A stretch of DNA of 64,000 bases from an uncultured Actinomycetota bacterium (lineage in GTDB: Bacteria; Actinomycetota; Actinomycetes; JAHEKZ01). The notes beneath the pieces are model-generated. The model had not been told where the DNA came from. It searched no databases and saw nothing but the letters and a program-made list of their open reading frames with translations. Where the stretch lies: positions 1,216,001-1,280,000 of the forward strand of contig CAWHIJ010000003.1 in NCBI GenBank assembly GCA_963829525.1, written 5' to 3'. The position numbers and the translations under genes were made by a program. Of this stretch, positions 22,873 through 33,011 are shown in pieces. Numbering within the stretch: position 1 is the first letter of the stretch; the number at the start of each line of letters is the position of its first letter.

Positions 22873-23796
22873 TCAGTCTGAGACCGCGATGACCAGCTTG
22901 CCTCTCACGTGGCCTTCGCGACTACGCGCGAATGCGGCAGGGAGTTCCTCGAGCGGAAGGACGTCGGTGACGGGGACGCGCAGTTGCCCAGCGTCCGCGA
23001 TCTGGCCGAGTTGGGCGAGGCCCTCGGCCGATGGCCGCACCCAGAACCACGAGCCTCCGGTCTCGAGCACTGACGCGTCGGCGATGGAGGCGTGTCGCCC
23101 ACCTTCAGCAAGCACGGCCATCGTTACGTCACGGACCCCACCCACGAAATCGGTGATGACGTCCACGCCGTCGGGCGCGACAGCGCGGATGCGCTCCACG
23201 GCACCGTCCCCGTAAGCGACCGGTGTGGCTCCGAGGTCGGTGAGGAACTCGTGGTTGGCGTGCGACGCCGTGGCTATTACCCGGGCGCCACGCGCTTTGG
23301 CAATCTGGACGGCCAGAGCGCCGACACCGCCGGCGCCGCCCTGAACGAGAACGGTGTCGGAGGAAGTGACGACCAGCCGGTCGAGGGTCTGTAGCGCGGT
23401 GAGCCCGGTGAGCGGGAGACCGCCGGCCTCGTCCCAGCTGAGCGCCGCGGACTTGTGGGCCACGCCGCGAACGCTCATGGTCACGAGTTCGGCGAAGGTG
23501 CCCCCGTGAACGACGTCCTTGCGTGCGTAGGCCACGACCTCGTCACCGACCTCGAACTCCGGGGTGTCGATGCCGACTGACTCGACCGTGCCGGCAACGT
23601 CCCAGCCGGGGACAACGGGGAAGACTGCGTCCATCAGGCCGTCCAGCCCACCGGACATCACCTTCCAATCAACCGGGTTCACCCCTGCGCGCGTTACCCG
23701 AATGCGAACCTCGCCTGGACCCACTTTGGGGTCAGGGAGTTCTCGCAGCCTCAGTACCTCGTCGGATCCGTACGTGTCGTAAGCCATGCCTCTCAT
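22873..23796 (-). CDS. NADP-dependent oxidoreductase (MDR / quinone oxidoreductase-like)
   Basis: GVNPVDWK, PGWDVAG, GGAGGVG, GKLVI. Confidence 0.92.
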   Translation of the reverse strand: MRGMAYDTYGSDEVLRLRELPDPKVGPGEVRIRVTRAGVNPVDWKVMSGGLDGLMDAVFPVVPGWDVAGTVESVGIDTPEFEVGDEVVAYARKDVVHGGTFAELVTMSVRGVAHKSAALSWDEAGGLPLTGLTALQTLDRLVVTSSDTVLVQGGAGGVGALAVQIAKARGARVIATASHANHEFLTDLGATPVAYGDGAVERIRAVAPDGVDVITDFVGGVRDVTMAVLAEGGRHASIADASVLETGGSWFWVRPSAEGLAQLGQIADAGQLRVPVTDVLPLEELPAAFARSREGHVRGKLVIAVSD

Positions 23797-23904
23797 GCCT
23801 CGACGCTATCGCGGAGTGGGTGTGCGGCGATCAGCGTGAAAGGCCGGCCCTGGGCGTCGGGAGGCCCGACCGAAATCAGCGTCGAGGCGCGATTGCTCCT
23901 GCAC

Positions 23905-24447
23905 CTATCGGAGGACGCGGTAAGTGGCGAGAAGGTGCCCGCTAGGCGAGTGCTCAGCGCTGATCAGCTCGAGTCGACTCGCCGGCACACCGTCGAGCAA
24001 CCGTCGACCGGCGCCTGCGATGGTCGGTGCAATCACGAGTTTCAGCTCGTCGATCAGACCCGCGCCGACCATGGACTGAGCGACCGAAATGCTGGCATGC
24101 ACGCCGATCTCGGCTCCGGGCTCAGTTCTTAGGTTCTCGATGAACTCGGCCAGGCCGCCGTCGATCCGGGTCGCATTAGCCCAGTCGGACTCCAAGGGTG
24201 AGGAGGTCGCGACATACTTCTGCACGCCGTTGATGAACGACGCAAACGGCTCGATGTCACTCGTTGGCCAGAACCGCGCCCATTCCTCGAAGCTGCCGCG
24301 ACCGAGGATCACCGCGTCCTGCTTGGCGATAACGGCGGCCAGGTGGGCGTCCATTGCCGCGTCCCATTCGTGGATGAACGAGTCAGGATCCTCGGCGACC
24401 CCGTCGAGAGACAGCAACTCATAGACGACAACCTTGCGCACGTTCAT
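23905..24447 (-). CDS. Dihydrofolate reductase / RibD C-terminal-like protein
   Basis: SLDG, LGR, KYVA, GLIDEL.L..AP..G.GRRL. Confidence 0.88.
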   Translation of the reverse strand: MNVRKVVVYELLSLDGVAEDPDSFIHEWDAAMDAHLAAVIAKQDAVILGRGSFEEWARFWPTSDIEPFASFINGVQKYVATSSPLESDWANATRIDGGLAEFIENLRTEPGAEIGVHASISVAQSMVGAGLIDELKLVIAPTIAGAGRRLLDGVPASRLELISAEHSPSGHLLATYRVLR

Positions 24448-24571
24448 CCTTTCGTCGTGACGGAATCTCGGGGTCGGGGCTGTCTACCCTCATTGTCGAT
24501 CGTCAATCATCGCTAGGGCATGCGAGGGGCACGGCGGAGCCCTTGATGGCTGCCGGCTGGGGGTGCGGATC

Positions 24572-24862
24572 TCAGGACCAGTAAGGGTCTCGACGATGGT
24601 CGACGTCAAGGACGATCACGCGGTGGTTTGCCTCGTCAATGCGGTAGCGGACTCGGTACTCGCCGCGGCGGGCGCGCCACAGGCCTTCGAAGGGTGCCCG
24701 CAGCGGAACCCCTACGACCCGCGGTCGTCGACCGAGTGGCCCGCTAATGAACTCCCACGCTGCGAAGGCCGCGGCAGAAGGAAGCGTCTCGGTGAGTGCT
24801 CGACGCTCCAAAGGTGCGAGAACGACGGCGTACGGGGCATCGTCTGGACGCTCAGCTGTCAC
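24572..24862 (-). CDS. RelE/ParE family toxin
   Basis: G.WRARRGEYRV.Y, V.DVDHRRD.Y; overlaps the antitoxin stop. Confidence 0.88.
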   Translation of the reverse strand: MTAERPDDAPYAVVLAPLERRALTETLPSAAAFAAWEFISGPLGRRPRVVGVPLRAPFEGLWRARRGEYRVRYRIDEANHRVIVLDVDHRRDPYWS

Positions 24863-25145
24863 GGTGCTCGAGCAACCGCCGTTCGTCCATCAGCAGCGAC
24901 AGTTCCACCGCGGTGGTCACGTCGGCGACCGCAACGGCAGCATCAGCGGCGCGAATCCGTTCCATCGCCGCGTGGTCTCTCAGGAGCTCGATGGTGGCCT
25001 CGAGGGACTCCAGGTCTTCAGCCGAGAGCAGCACCACGTACTGGCGGCCATTCCGGGTTACTTGGACGCGCTCGTGCGTTCGATCGACCTCGTCGGCGAT
25101 CTCCGAGAGGCGCGCCTTGACCTCAGACAGGGGCAGGGTAGTCAT
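24852..25145 (-). CDS. Phd/YefM family antitoxin
   Basis: LSEVKARLSE, VTRNG, S.EDLESLEAT. Confidence 0.9.
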   Translation of the reverse strand: MTTLPLSEVKARLSEIADEVDRTHERVQVTRNGRQYVVLLSAEDLESLEATIELLRDHAAMERIRAADAAVAVADVTTAVELSLLMDERRLLEHRDS

Positions 25146-25163
25146 AGACTAGAATAGTAGTCT
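25146..25163. promoter_or_regulatory. TA operator palindrome overlapping a -10 element of a probably leaderless promoter
   Basis: AGACTA-N6-TAGTCT directly before the antitoxin ATG; minus-strand TATTCT 5 nt before the ATG. Confidence 0.65.
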
Positions 25164-25396
25164 GCGAGGAAGGCAAGGGCAACTGTCTAGGAGCAATGGT
25201 GGGCCGACTCATCGCGCGACCGGCTGCAGGTCTGGTCACACGCCCGCCGCAAAAAGGTGTGCGTGGATGGCGGCAACATCCCGGATCGCCGAAAGGTCGT
25301 CGTCAGGTTCTTCCCACCCAGGGCACGACTGGGGCACGCGCAGCTGCGTCCAGTGGCCGCCGAGATGGCACTCCAGGCGTGACCTGGGGTGGTACC

Positions 25397-25470
25397 TGGA
25401 GCGGGTGACCGGGATCGAACCGGCATGGCCAGCTTGGAAGGCTGGGGCTCTACCATTGAGCTACACCCGC
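25397..25470 (-). tRNA. tRNA-Gly(TCC)
   Basis: GCGGGTG acceptor stem, CCAGC-CTTCCAA-GCTGG anticodon arm, GTTCGATCC T-loop, encoded CCA. Confidence 0.96.
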
Positions 25471-25532
25471 GATGCCACCGATCGACCGACGTTCGGTGCT
25501 CAGAGGCCGGCGTCTAGACTAGCCGCTCGCGA

Positions 25533-25605
25533 CGGGGCGTAGCGTAGTGGCTAGCGCGCCTGCTTTGGGAGCAGGAGATCGGGAGTTCGAGTCTCCCCGC
25601 CCCGA
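25533..25605 (+). tRNA. tRNA-Pro(TGG)
   Basis: CGGGGCG acceptor stem, CCTGC-TTTGGGA-GCAGG, GTTCGAG; canonical position before tig. Confidence 0.95.
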
Positions 25606-25676
25606 CCCCCACAAGACCGACCGGTCTCTGTGACATCACCCGGCGCCGCCCGGGCGAACGAGGAGTATCCAGGCAC

Positions 25677-27023
25677 GTGAAGAGTGACGTCGAGACCCTG
25701 AGCCCGACCCGAGTTCGGCTATCTGTCGAGGTCCCGTTCGACGAGCTGAAGCCCAGCGTCGACTCGGCCTACAAGAAGATCGCCGCACAGATCACCATCC
25801 CTGGGTTCCGTAAGGGCAAGGTGCCTGCCAGTCTCATTGACCAGCGCGTCGGACGCGGTGCTGTGCTCGACGAGGCCGTCAACGAGGCGCTGCCGCGCGC
25901 CTACGGCGATGCCGTGACCGAGAACGACCTCAAGGTGCTCGGGCAGCCCGACGTCGAGATTGGCGAGTTCTCCGATGGCGTCGCTCTGACGTTCACCGCT
26001 GAGGTCGACGTCCGACCCGAGATCGAGTTGCCCGACTTCGCGACGCTCGAAGTCGAGGTCGAGGTGGCCGAGGTCGCGGCCGACGACATCGACGCCCAGC
26101 TCGACGAGCTGCGCCAGCGCTTCGCGACGCTCAAGCCGGTCGATCGGGGGACCACCTCCGGTGACCTGCTTTCGCTCACGTTGGTGTCCACCAAAGACGG
26201 CGAGCCGGTCGAGGATCTCTCGGCAGCTGGACTGACGTACGAAGCCGGCAGTGAAGGGCTCCTTCCAGGCCTCGACGAAGCGATCGAGGGCTTGAAGGAA
26301 GGTGAGGACGCCACCTTCACCGTGACCCCCGAGACCGGTGAGCACGAGGGCCAGGAGGTCGAAGTCACCGTCACCGTCGTCTCGGTCCGCGAGCGTGAGC
26401 TCCCTGACGTCGATGACGACTTCGCCCAGACAGTCAGCGAGTTCGACACCCTCGAAGAGCTCCGCGACGCGGTTCGCAGCGAGCTGGAGCCTCGCAAGAA
26501 GGTGGAGCAGTTAATGGCTGCCCGCGATGCCGTGTTGGCGGCGCTGATCGAGGCGGTCGACGTGCCGCTTCCGGAGGGCGTCGTCGCGAGCACGTTGGCC
26601 GACCATTTCGGGGACGGTCACGGTGACGAAGACCACAAGGCTGAGTTCGAGACCCAGGTTCGCGAGTCGCTGACGCGTGACCTCGTGCTGGACACCCTGG
26701 CCGATCGGGACGACGTCGAGGTCACCCAGGCTGAGATCACCGAGTACCTCATTCGGCAGGCGCCGCAGTACGGAATGACTCCTGATCAGTTCGCCCAGGC
26801 CGTCGCCCAAGCTGGCCAGGTTGGTGCAATCGTCGGCGATGTACGCCGCTCGAAGGCGCTTTCGGTCGTGCTCGAGTCAGCGACCGTTCGTGACTCGGCA
26901 GGCGCGATCGTCGAGCTCTCCGCTACCTCGGAGGACATCGTCGAGGCCATCGAGGCTCAGGACGCCGAAGGAAGCGACGAGGCCGAGCCGACAGCGAACA
27001 CCCCGGCTGATCAGCAGCAGTAG
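25677..27023 (+). CDS. tig: Trigger factor
   Basis: [10 protein letters not shown] ribosome-binding motif; synteny with clpP. Confidence 0.96.
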   Translation: MKSDVETLSPTRVRLSVEVPFDELKPSVDSAYKKIAAQITIPGFRKGKVPASLIDQRVGRGAVLDEAVNEALPRAYGDAVTENDLKVLGQPDVEIGEFSDGVALTFTAEVDVRPEIELPDFATLEVEVEVAEVAADDIDAQLDELRQRFATLKPVDRGTTSGDLLSLTLVSTKDGEPVEDLSAAGLTYEAGSEGLLPGLDEAIEGLKEGEDATFTVTPETGEHEGQEVEVTVTVVSVRERELPDVDDDFAQTVSEFDTLEELRDAVRSELEPRKKVEQLMAARDAVLAALIEAVDVPLPEGVVASTLADHFGDGHGDEDHKAEFETQVRESLTRDLVLDTLADRDDVEVTQAEITEYLIRQAPQYGMTPDQFAQAVAQAGQVGAIVGDVRRSKALSVVLESATVRDSAGAIVELSATSEDIVEAIEAQDAEGSDEAEPTANTPADQQQ

Positions 27024-27062
27024 CTGCCGACCCCCTTTCATCCGACAGCGAACACCCCGGCT
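26988..27062 (+). repeat. Exact 21-bp direct repeat containing a ClgR-like half site
   Basis: CCGACAGCGAACACCCCGGCT at 26988-27008 and 27042-27062, upstream of clpP1. Confidence 0.7.
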
Positions 27063-27129
27063 CTTCGGATGGCGCTGGCGTGTTCCGACGTTAGGGTCGA
27101 TGTACGTCCTTGATGTGAAAGGTGGACTC

Positions 27130-27789
27130 GTGACCGACAGCGCGACGACCGGCCATCCTCTGCTGCTCCCGGGGTCGTCTGATCCTGTGGCGCGGGCTCC
27201 GCAGTCCCAGCCCACCGGGTTCGACGACTCCGTCTACCAGCGCCTGCTGCGCGAGCGGATCATCTTCCTCGGCTCGCAGGTCGAGGACACCATCGCCAAC
27301 GCCCTCTCGGCGCAGATGCTTCTGCTCGCAGCTGAGGACCCCGAGAAAGACATCTACCTCTACATCAACTCCCCGGGTGGATCGGTCTCTGCGGGTATGG
27401 CCATCTACGACACGATGCAGTTCGTCCCGTGCGACGTTGCGACCGTCGCGATGGGCCTGGCGGCTTCGATGGGACAGTTCTTGCTCTGCGCCGGCGCCGA
27501 AGGCAAGCGCTACGCCCTTCCGCACGCGCGAATCATGATGCACCAGCCATCCGGTGGCATCGGAGGAACCGCGTCCGACATCAAGATCCAGGCCGAGCAG
27601 ATGCTGTACACGAAGAAGAAGATGGCCGAGCTGATCGCGACGCACACTGGTCAGCCGCTGGACGCCATTGAGTCTGACTCAGACCGCGACCGCTGGTTCA
27701 CCGCCGACGAGGCCAAAGAGTACGGCTTCGTCGACCATGTCGTCAGCCAGGCGCGCGACGTCGCCGGCAGCGGCGGAACGAACGCCTGA
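27130..27789 (+). CDS. clpP1: ClpP protease subunit 1
   Basis: [25 protein letters not shown]. Confidence 0.95.
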   Translation: MTDSATTGHPLLLPGSSDPVARAPQSQPTGFDDSVYQRLLRERIIFLGSQVEDTIANALSAQMLLLAAEDPEKDIYLYINSPGGSVSAGMAIYDTMQFVPCDVATVAMGLAASMGQFLLCAGAEGKRYALPHARIMMHQPSGGIGGTASDIKIQAEQMLYTKKKMAELIATHTGQPLDAIESDSDRDRWFTADEAKEYGFVDHVVSQARDVAGSGGTNA

Positions 27790-27845
27790 CCTCCCGCCCA
27801 TCCACGCGCCGGACCGACTCGACTTCGACGGAAGGACCCACCACC

Positions 27846-28517
27846 GTGAGCACCCCCAGCAGACTCTGGAGCGCCAGCCCCACAGTCGGCGACGCCATCG
27901 GAGCTACCCCTCAGGCGCGCTACATCCTTCCGGAGTTCCGCGAGCGCACCGCCCAGGGCGAGCGCTTGCACAACCCGTACACCAAGCTGTTTGAAGAGCG
28001 GATCATTTTCCTCGGTGTACAGATCGACGACGCGTCAGCTGACGACGTGATGGCGCAGCTGCTCTGCCTCGAGTCGATGGACCCCGACCGCGACATCTCC
28101 ATCTACATCAACTCCCCAGGTGGCTCCTACACCGCAATGACGGCGATCTACGACACGATGCAGTTCATCAAGCCGCACGTGCATACCGTCTGTCTCGGGC
28201 AGGCAGCGTCTGCCGCGGCAGTGCTGCTGGCAGCCGGGAGCGCCGGCAAGCGTTCAGCCCTGCCGCACTCTCGCATCCTCATTCACCAGCCCTACACCGA
28301 GGGCGGCGGCCAGGGTTCTGACATCGAGATCCAGGCGAACGAGATCTTGCGCATGCGTTTGGAGATGGAAGGCATTCTGGCTCAGCACACGGGCAAGACC
28401 CCCGAGGATGTGCGCCAAGACATCGAGCGAGACAAGATCCTCACCGCGGAGGACGCCAAGGCCTATGGCATCGTCGACCAGGTCATCAGCAGCCGCAAGA
28501 GCGCCGTATCACTCTGA
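27846..28517 (+). CDS. clpP2: ClpP protease subunit 2
   Basis: [26 protein letters not shown]. Confidence 0.95.
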   Translation: MSTPSRLWSASPTVGDAIGATPQARYILPEFRERTAQGERLHNPYTKLFEERIIFLGVQIDDASADDVMAQLLCLESMDPDRDISIYINSPGGSYTAMTAIYDTMQFIKPHVHTVCLGQAASAAAVLLAAGSAGKRSALPHSRILIHQPYTEGGGQGSDIEIQANEILRMRLEMEGILAQHTGKTPEDVRQDIERDKILTAEDAKAYGIVDQVISSRKSAVSL

Positions 28518-28661
28518 TCAGAGGCTGATCGGGCGACTCGCCCGGCCGCACAGCAGGTAAACAGGCCTGCCAGGGGGTACCGTCGTCTGATGCGACGCCC
28601 CGCGGGACGCCAGCATAGTTGATGACGTCAGGTCCGAAGCCGGCCGGAGTAAGGGAGTCAC

Positions 28662-29942
28662 GTGGCACGCATCGGTGAGAGCGGCGACCTGCTCAAGTGC
28701 TCGTTCTGCGGGAAGAGCCAGAAGCAGGTCAAGAAGCTCATTGCTGGTCCCGGCGTCTACATCTGCGACGAGTGCATCGACCTCTGCAACGAGATCATCG
28801 AAGAAGAGCTTTCCGAGTCGACTGAGGTCACGTTCGACGAGCTGCCCAAACCTCGGGAGATCTACGACTTCCTCGGCGAGTACGTGATTGGCCAGGACAC
28901 CGCGAAGAAGGCGCTCGCCGTCGCGGTCTACAACCACTACAAGCGGCTACGCGCCGGCGAGACTGGCCGCAAGGGCGACGACTCTGTCGAGCTGGCCAAG
29001 TCGAACATCTTGTTGCTCGGGCCTACGGGCTGCGGCAAGACGTTGCTGGCGCAGACGCTCGCCAGGATGCTCAACGTGCCGTTCGCCATCGCCGACGCTA
29101 CGGCACTCACTGAAGCGGGCTACGTCGGTGAGGACGTCGAGAACATCCTGCTGAAGCTGATCCAGGCCGCTGACTACGACGTCAAGAAGGCCGAGCAGGG
29201 GATCATCTACATCGACGAGATCGACAAGATCGCCCGCAAGAGCGAGAACCCGTCAATCACTCGCGACGTCTCAGGTGAAGGTGTGCAGCAAGCGCTACTG
29301 AAGATCCTTGAGGGCACGACGGCATCTGTTCCACCCCAAGGCGGCCGCAAGCACCCGCACCAGGAGTTCATCCAGATCGATACCACCAACGTGCTCTTCA
29401 TCGTCGGTGGGGCGTTCGACGGCCTCGAGCACATCATCAACCAGCGCGTTGGCAAGAAGGGGATCGGCTTCGGCGGCGAGATCGAGGGCAAGGCCGAGCG
29501 CGATGCCAAGGACATCTTCGGTGAGGTCAAGCCCGAGGATCTCGGCAAGTTCGGGATGATCCCCGAGTTCGTTGGCCGCCTTCCGGTGCTGACCGCTGTG
29601 CAGCGGCTGCAGCCCGAAGACATCCAGCAGATCCTGACCGAGCCGAAGAACGCGCTCGTCAAGCAGTACGTCAAGCTCTTCGAGCTTGACGATGTCGAGC
29701 TGGAGTTCACCGAGGATGCCCTCGAGGCGATCGCCGAACAGGCGATCATGCGGGGCACCGGCGCGCGCGGGCTACGCGCCATCCTCGAAGAGGTGCTGCT
29801 CGCGGTGATGTACGAGGTGCCCAGTCGGCAAGATGTTGCGCGCGTCGTCATCACTCGCGATGTCGTCCTCGAGCACGTCTACCCGACGCTCGTCCAGCGT
29901 GAGAAAGAGTCCAAGCGCGAGCGGCGAGAGAAGTCGGCCTAG
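28662..29942 (+). CDS. clpX: ATP-dependent Clp protease ATPase
   Basis: CSFC zinc finger, [14 protein letters not shown] loop. Confidence 0.97.
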   Translation: MARIGESGDLLKCSFCGKSQKQVKKLIAGPGVYICDECIDLCNEIIEEELSESTEVTFDELPKPREIYDFLGEYVIGQDTAKKALAVAVYNHYKRLRAGETGRKGDDSVELAKSNILLLGPTGCGKTLLAQTLARMLNVPFAIADATALTEAGYVGEDVENILLKLIQAADYDVKKAEQGIIYIDEIDKIARKSENPSITRDVSGEGVQQALLKILEGTTASVPPQGGRKHPHQEFIQIDTTNVLFIVGGAFDGLEHIINQRVGKKGIGFGGEIEGKAERDAKDIFGEVKPEDLGKFGMIPEFVGRLPVLTAVQRLQPEDIQQILTEPKNALVKQYVKLFELDDVELEFTEDALEAIAEQAIMRGTGARGLRAILEEVLLAVMYEVPSRQDVARVVITRDVVLEHVYPTLVQREKESKRERREKSA

Positions 29943-30013
29943 GTCGTTCACGATAGGCTGCTCAGCCGGCGAGAGTGCCGGCAAAGGCCTCCCAGGAGAG
30001 CACGACCGGCCTC

Positions 30014-30093
30014 ACCGCATGGAATCCGCCACTGGCGGATTCAGTGCGCTTTATGGCCGTCCACGCGTCGCGAACCGCATGAAATCCGCCACT
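30014..30093. repeat. REP-like direct plus inverted repeat element
   Basis: ACCGCATG(G/A)AATCCGCCACT at 30014 and 30074 (19/20 identical); palindrome GAATCCGCCA-C-TGGCGGATTC. Confidence 0.65.
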
Positions 30094-30116
30094 CGGACGT
30101 GGTGACTGGGCGCCCA

Positions 30117-30390
30117 CTAGTTCTCGATGGTGTCGCGGATCTGCTGAGCAATCGCCGCCGGGTCTGCATCCTTCGGGGACATGGCGAAGACGCCCAAGGT
30201 GTCGTCACTGATCCACGCACACGTGCCGCCAAGGGAAGCGTGATGCAGGGCAACGGTGCCGGCTTGATAGAGCCACCGAAGAAGTCGTCGTTGCCGTTCA
30301 TGGCGTTCCCGATCTGGCGCACGGCCGCGCCTTCCCCATCAAGATCGACACGGCGGGCTCGGCCCTTGAGGTCGCACGACGCGGTGAAGC
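30117..30390 (-). pseudogene. Truncated, frameshifted remnant of an unknown gene
   Basis: Coding-like tail LGGTCAWISDDTLGVFAMSPKDADPAAIAQQIRDTIEN* with no room for an N-terminus before the valS stop. Confidence 0.45.
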
Positions 30391-30391
30391 G

Positions 30392-32968
30392 CTACGCCTC
30401 GGCCAGCTCGACCGACACGGTGAGCTCAGAAGATCCACCGGTCAAATCCAGCACCTCTATCCGGCCGACTGCGGCGAGGTCGCCGCGGGCATCTTCGAGA
30501 AGTGCGACCTGCTCGGTCGTCGCGCGCACCTCGGCCCGGGACACCCCGGTGCGCATGGATGCCTTGGCATCGGACTTGGCCTTGCGGATCTCGCCGAGCA
30601 CCACCGAAACGGTGTCGAGCAGCGCAGGGTTTCCGTCGCCCGCGGCCGTCCGAACGTCGTGGGCACTTGGCCAGGGAGCAAGGTGCACCGAGCCTTCCTG
30701 CCACCAGGACCACACCTCTTCGGTGACGAAGGGTAAGACGGGCGCGAAGAGCCGGTGCAGCACCGACAAAGCAGTGGCGAGTGTGGCGCGCGCAGAGCGC
30801 GCTCCGGTGTCGGATGCTTCGCGGTAGGCCCGCTCCTTGACGAGCTCGACGTAGTCGTCGGTGAAGGACCAGAAGAAGGACTCGGCTGACTCGAGTGCGC
30901 GGGAGTAGTTGTAGTCGTCAAACGCGCGCGTGGCGTCGTCCACGATGTCGGCAAGCCGTGCAAGGAGCGCCCGGTCGAGGGGCTCGCTGATGGCCGATGC
31001 ATCGAAAGCCAGCGAGGAGTCTGCGCCCACCCCCAGCACGAACTTGCTGGCGTTGAGCACCTTGATCGCGAGACGGCGGCCCACCTTCATCTGGCCGATG
31101 TCGAACGCGGTGTCGGTGCCCGGTCGACCGCTGGCTGCCCAGTAGCGAACGCCGTCGGACCCATACTCCTCGAGCAGATCCATGGGGGTGACGACGTTGC
31201 CTTTGGACTTGCTCATCTTCTTGCGGTCGGGGTCGAGAATCCATCCGGAGATCGCGATGTCGCTCCAGGGGACGGCATCGTGCTCGGCATTGGCGCGAAC
31301 GACTGACGAGAAGAGCCAGGTGCGGATGATCTCGTGCGCCTGGGGGCGCAGGTCCATGGGGAAGACGCGGGCGTAGAGGTCGTCGTCGAACGACCACCCG
31401 CCCGCGATCTGCGGAGTGAGGGAGGACGTGGCCCAGGTGTCCATGATGTCGGGGTCGCCGATGAAGCCACCCGCTTCACCCCGCTGGTCTTCGTTGAATC
31501 CGGGCGGAACCTCAGACTGAGGGTCGATCGGCAGGGTGTCATCGGCTGGAGTGATCGGATCGTCGTAGACGGGTTCGCCGTTTGCGTCGAGCCGATACCA
31601 GAGCGGTAGCGGTACACCGAAGAAACGCTGGCGAGAGATGAGCCAGTCGCCGTTGAGACCCGACACCCAATTGTCGTAGCGCACCTTCATGTGGGCGGGG
31701 TGCCAGTTCAGCTCGGCCCCGCGGGCAAGCAACCGTTCCCGAAGCAGCTCGTCGCGGCCACCGTTACGGATGTACCACTGACGGGTGCTGACGATCTCGA
31801 GTGGCTTGTCGCCCTTTTCGTAGAACTTCACCGGGTGTTTGATCGAGCGCGGCTCGCCGATGAGGTCGCCGCTCTCGCGGAGCATGTCGACGATCGTCTG
31901 CTTCGCCGTGAACACCGTCGACCCCGCCAAGCGGGCGTAGGCCGACCGACCATCGGGTGCGGTGATGGCGTCAGGGACATCGGCGATCACGCGACCGTCG
32001 CGTCCGATGATCGCCCTTGTCGGCAGGTTGAGCTCGCGCCACCAGGTGACGTCAGTGATGTCGCCGAAGGTGCAGATCATCGCGATGCCGGTGCCCTTCT
32101 CAGGGTCGGCCAGGGGGTGGGCGAGGATCGGCACTTCGACACCAAAGAGCGGGGTGCGGACGTGGGTACCGAAGAGAGGTTGGTAGCGCTCGTCGTCGGG
32201 GTGCGCAACGAGGGCGACGCAGGCGGGGATCAGTTCGGGGCGCGTGGTGTCGATCGTGATGACTCCGCCGTCAGGGCGGTGGAAGGTGATCGCGTGATAG
32301 GCGCTGTCGCGCTCGCGGTCTTCGAGCTCGGCCTGCGCGACTGCGGTACGGAACGAGACATCCCACAAGGTAGGAGCCTCAGCCTGGTAGGCCTCTCCGC
32401 GGGCAAGGTTGTTTAGGAATGCGCGCTGCGACACGGCACGCGCTCGTTCGTCAATCGTCTGGTACGTCATCGACCAGTCGACGCTGAGGCCTAGCTGGCG
32501 CCAAAGGGCCTCGAAGACTTTCTCGTCCTCTTCGGTGAGCCGCTCGCAGAGCTCGACGAAGTTGCGGCGGGAGATCGGAATCTGCTGCTTGCCGGGCTCA
32601 GCGGGCGCTTCGAAGCCGGCGTCGTAAGGAAGGGTTGGCTCGCAGCGGACGCCGTAGTAGTTCTGCACGCGGCGCTCGGTGGGTAGGCCGTTGTCGTCCC
32701 ACCCCATCGGGTAGAACACTTCTTTTCCCCGCATGCGCTGGTAGCGGGCGATTGTGTCGGTGTGGGTGTAGCTGAAGACGTGTCCGACGTGCAGCGAGCC
32801 GCTGACCGTGGGTGGGGGAGTGTCGATCGAGTAGATCTCGTCGCGGTTCTTGGTCCGGTCGAAGCGGTAAGTGCCCTGCTCCTCCCACACCTGCTGCCAC
32901 GTCGCCTCGATGCCGTCGATGGACGGCTTGTCGGGAAGGCGGGCACTGGTGGGGTTCGACGGCTCCAT
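30392..32968 (-). CDS. valS: Valine--tRNA ligase (type 2 / archaeal-like)
   Basis: DTPPPTVSGSLHVGH, ISRQR, KMSKSKGN; lacks the long C-terminal coiled coil. Confidence 0.95.
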   Translation of the reverse strand: MEPSNPTSARLPDKPSIDGIEATWQQVWEEQGTYRFDRTKNRDEIYSIDTPPPTVSGSLHVGHVFSYTHTDTIARYQRMRGKEVFYPMGWDDNGLPTERRVQNYYGVRCEPTLPYDAGFEAPAEPGKQQIPISRRNFVELCERLTEEDEKVFEALWRQLGLSVDWSMTYQTIDERARAVSQRAFLNNLARGEAYQAEAPTLWDVSFRTAVAQAELEDRERDSAYHAITFHRPDGGVITIDTTRPELIPACVALVAHPDDERYQPLFGTHVRTPLFGVEVPILAHPLADPEKGTGIAMICTFGDITDVTWWRELNLPTRAIIGRDGRVIADVPDAITAPDGRSAYARLAGSTVFTAKQTIVDMLRESGDLIGEPRSIKHPVKFYEKGDKPLEIVSTRQWYIRNGGRDELLRERLLARGAELNWHPAHMKVRYDNWVSGLNGDWLISRQRFFGVPLPLWYRLDANGEPVYDDPITPADDTLPIDPQSEVPPGFNEDQRGEAGGFIGDPDIMDTWATSSLTPQIAGGWSFDDDLYARVFPMDLRPQAHEIIRTWLFSSVVRANAEHDAVPWSDIAISGWILDPDRKKMSKSKGNVVTPMDLLEEYGSDGVRYWAASGRPGTDTAFDIGQMKVGRRLAIKVLNASKFVLGVGADSSLAFDASAISEPLDRALLARLADIVDDATRAFDDYNYSRALESAESFFWSFTDDYVELVKERAYREASDTGARSARATLATALSVLHRLFAPVLPFVTEEVWSWWQEGSVHLAPWPSAHDVRTAAGDGNPALLDTVSVVLGEIRKAKSDAKASMRTGVSRAEVRATTEQVALLEDARGDLAAVGRIEVLDLTGGSSELTVSVELAEA

Positions 32969-33011
32969 GGGAGGCAATCGTAGAGAGGGAGCTCTCCCTA
33001 GACTCACCCCC

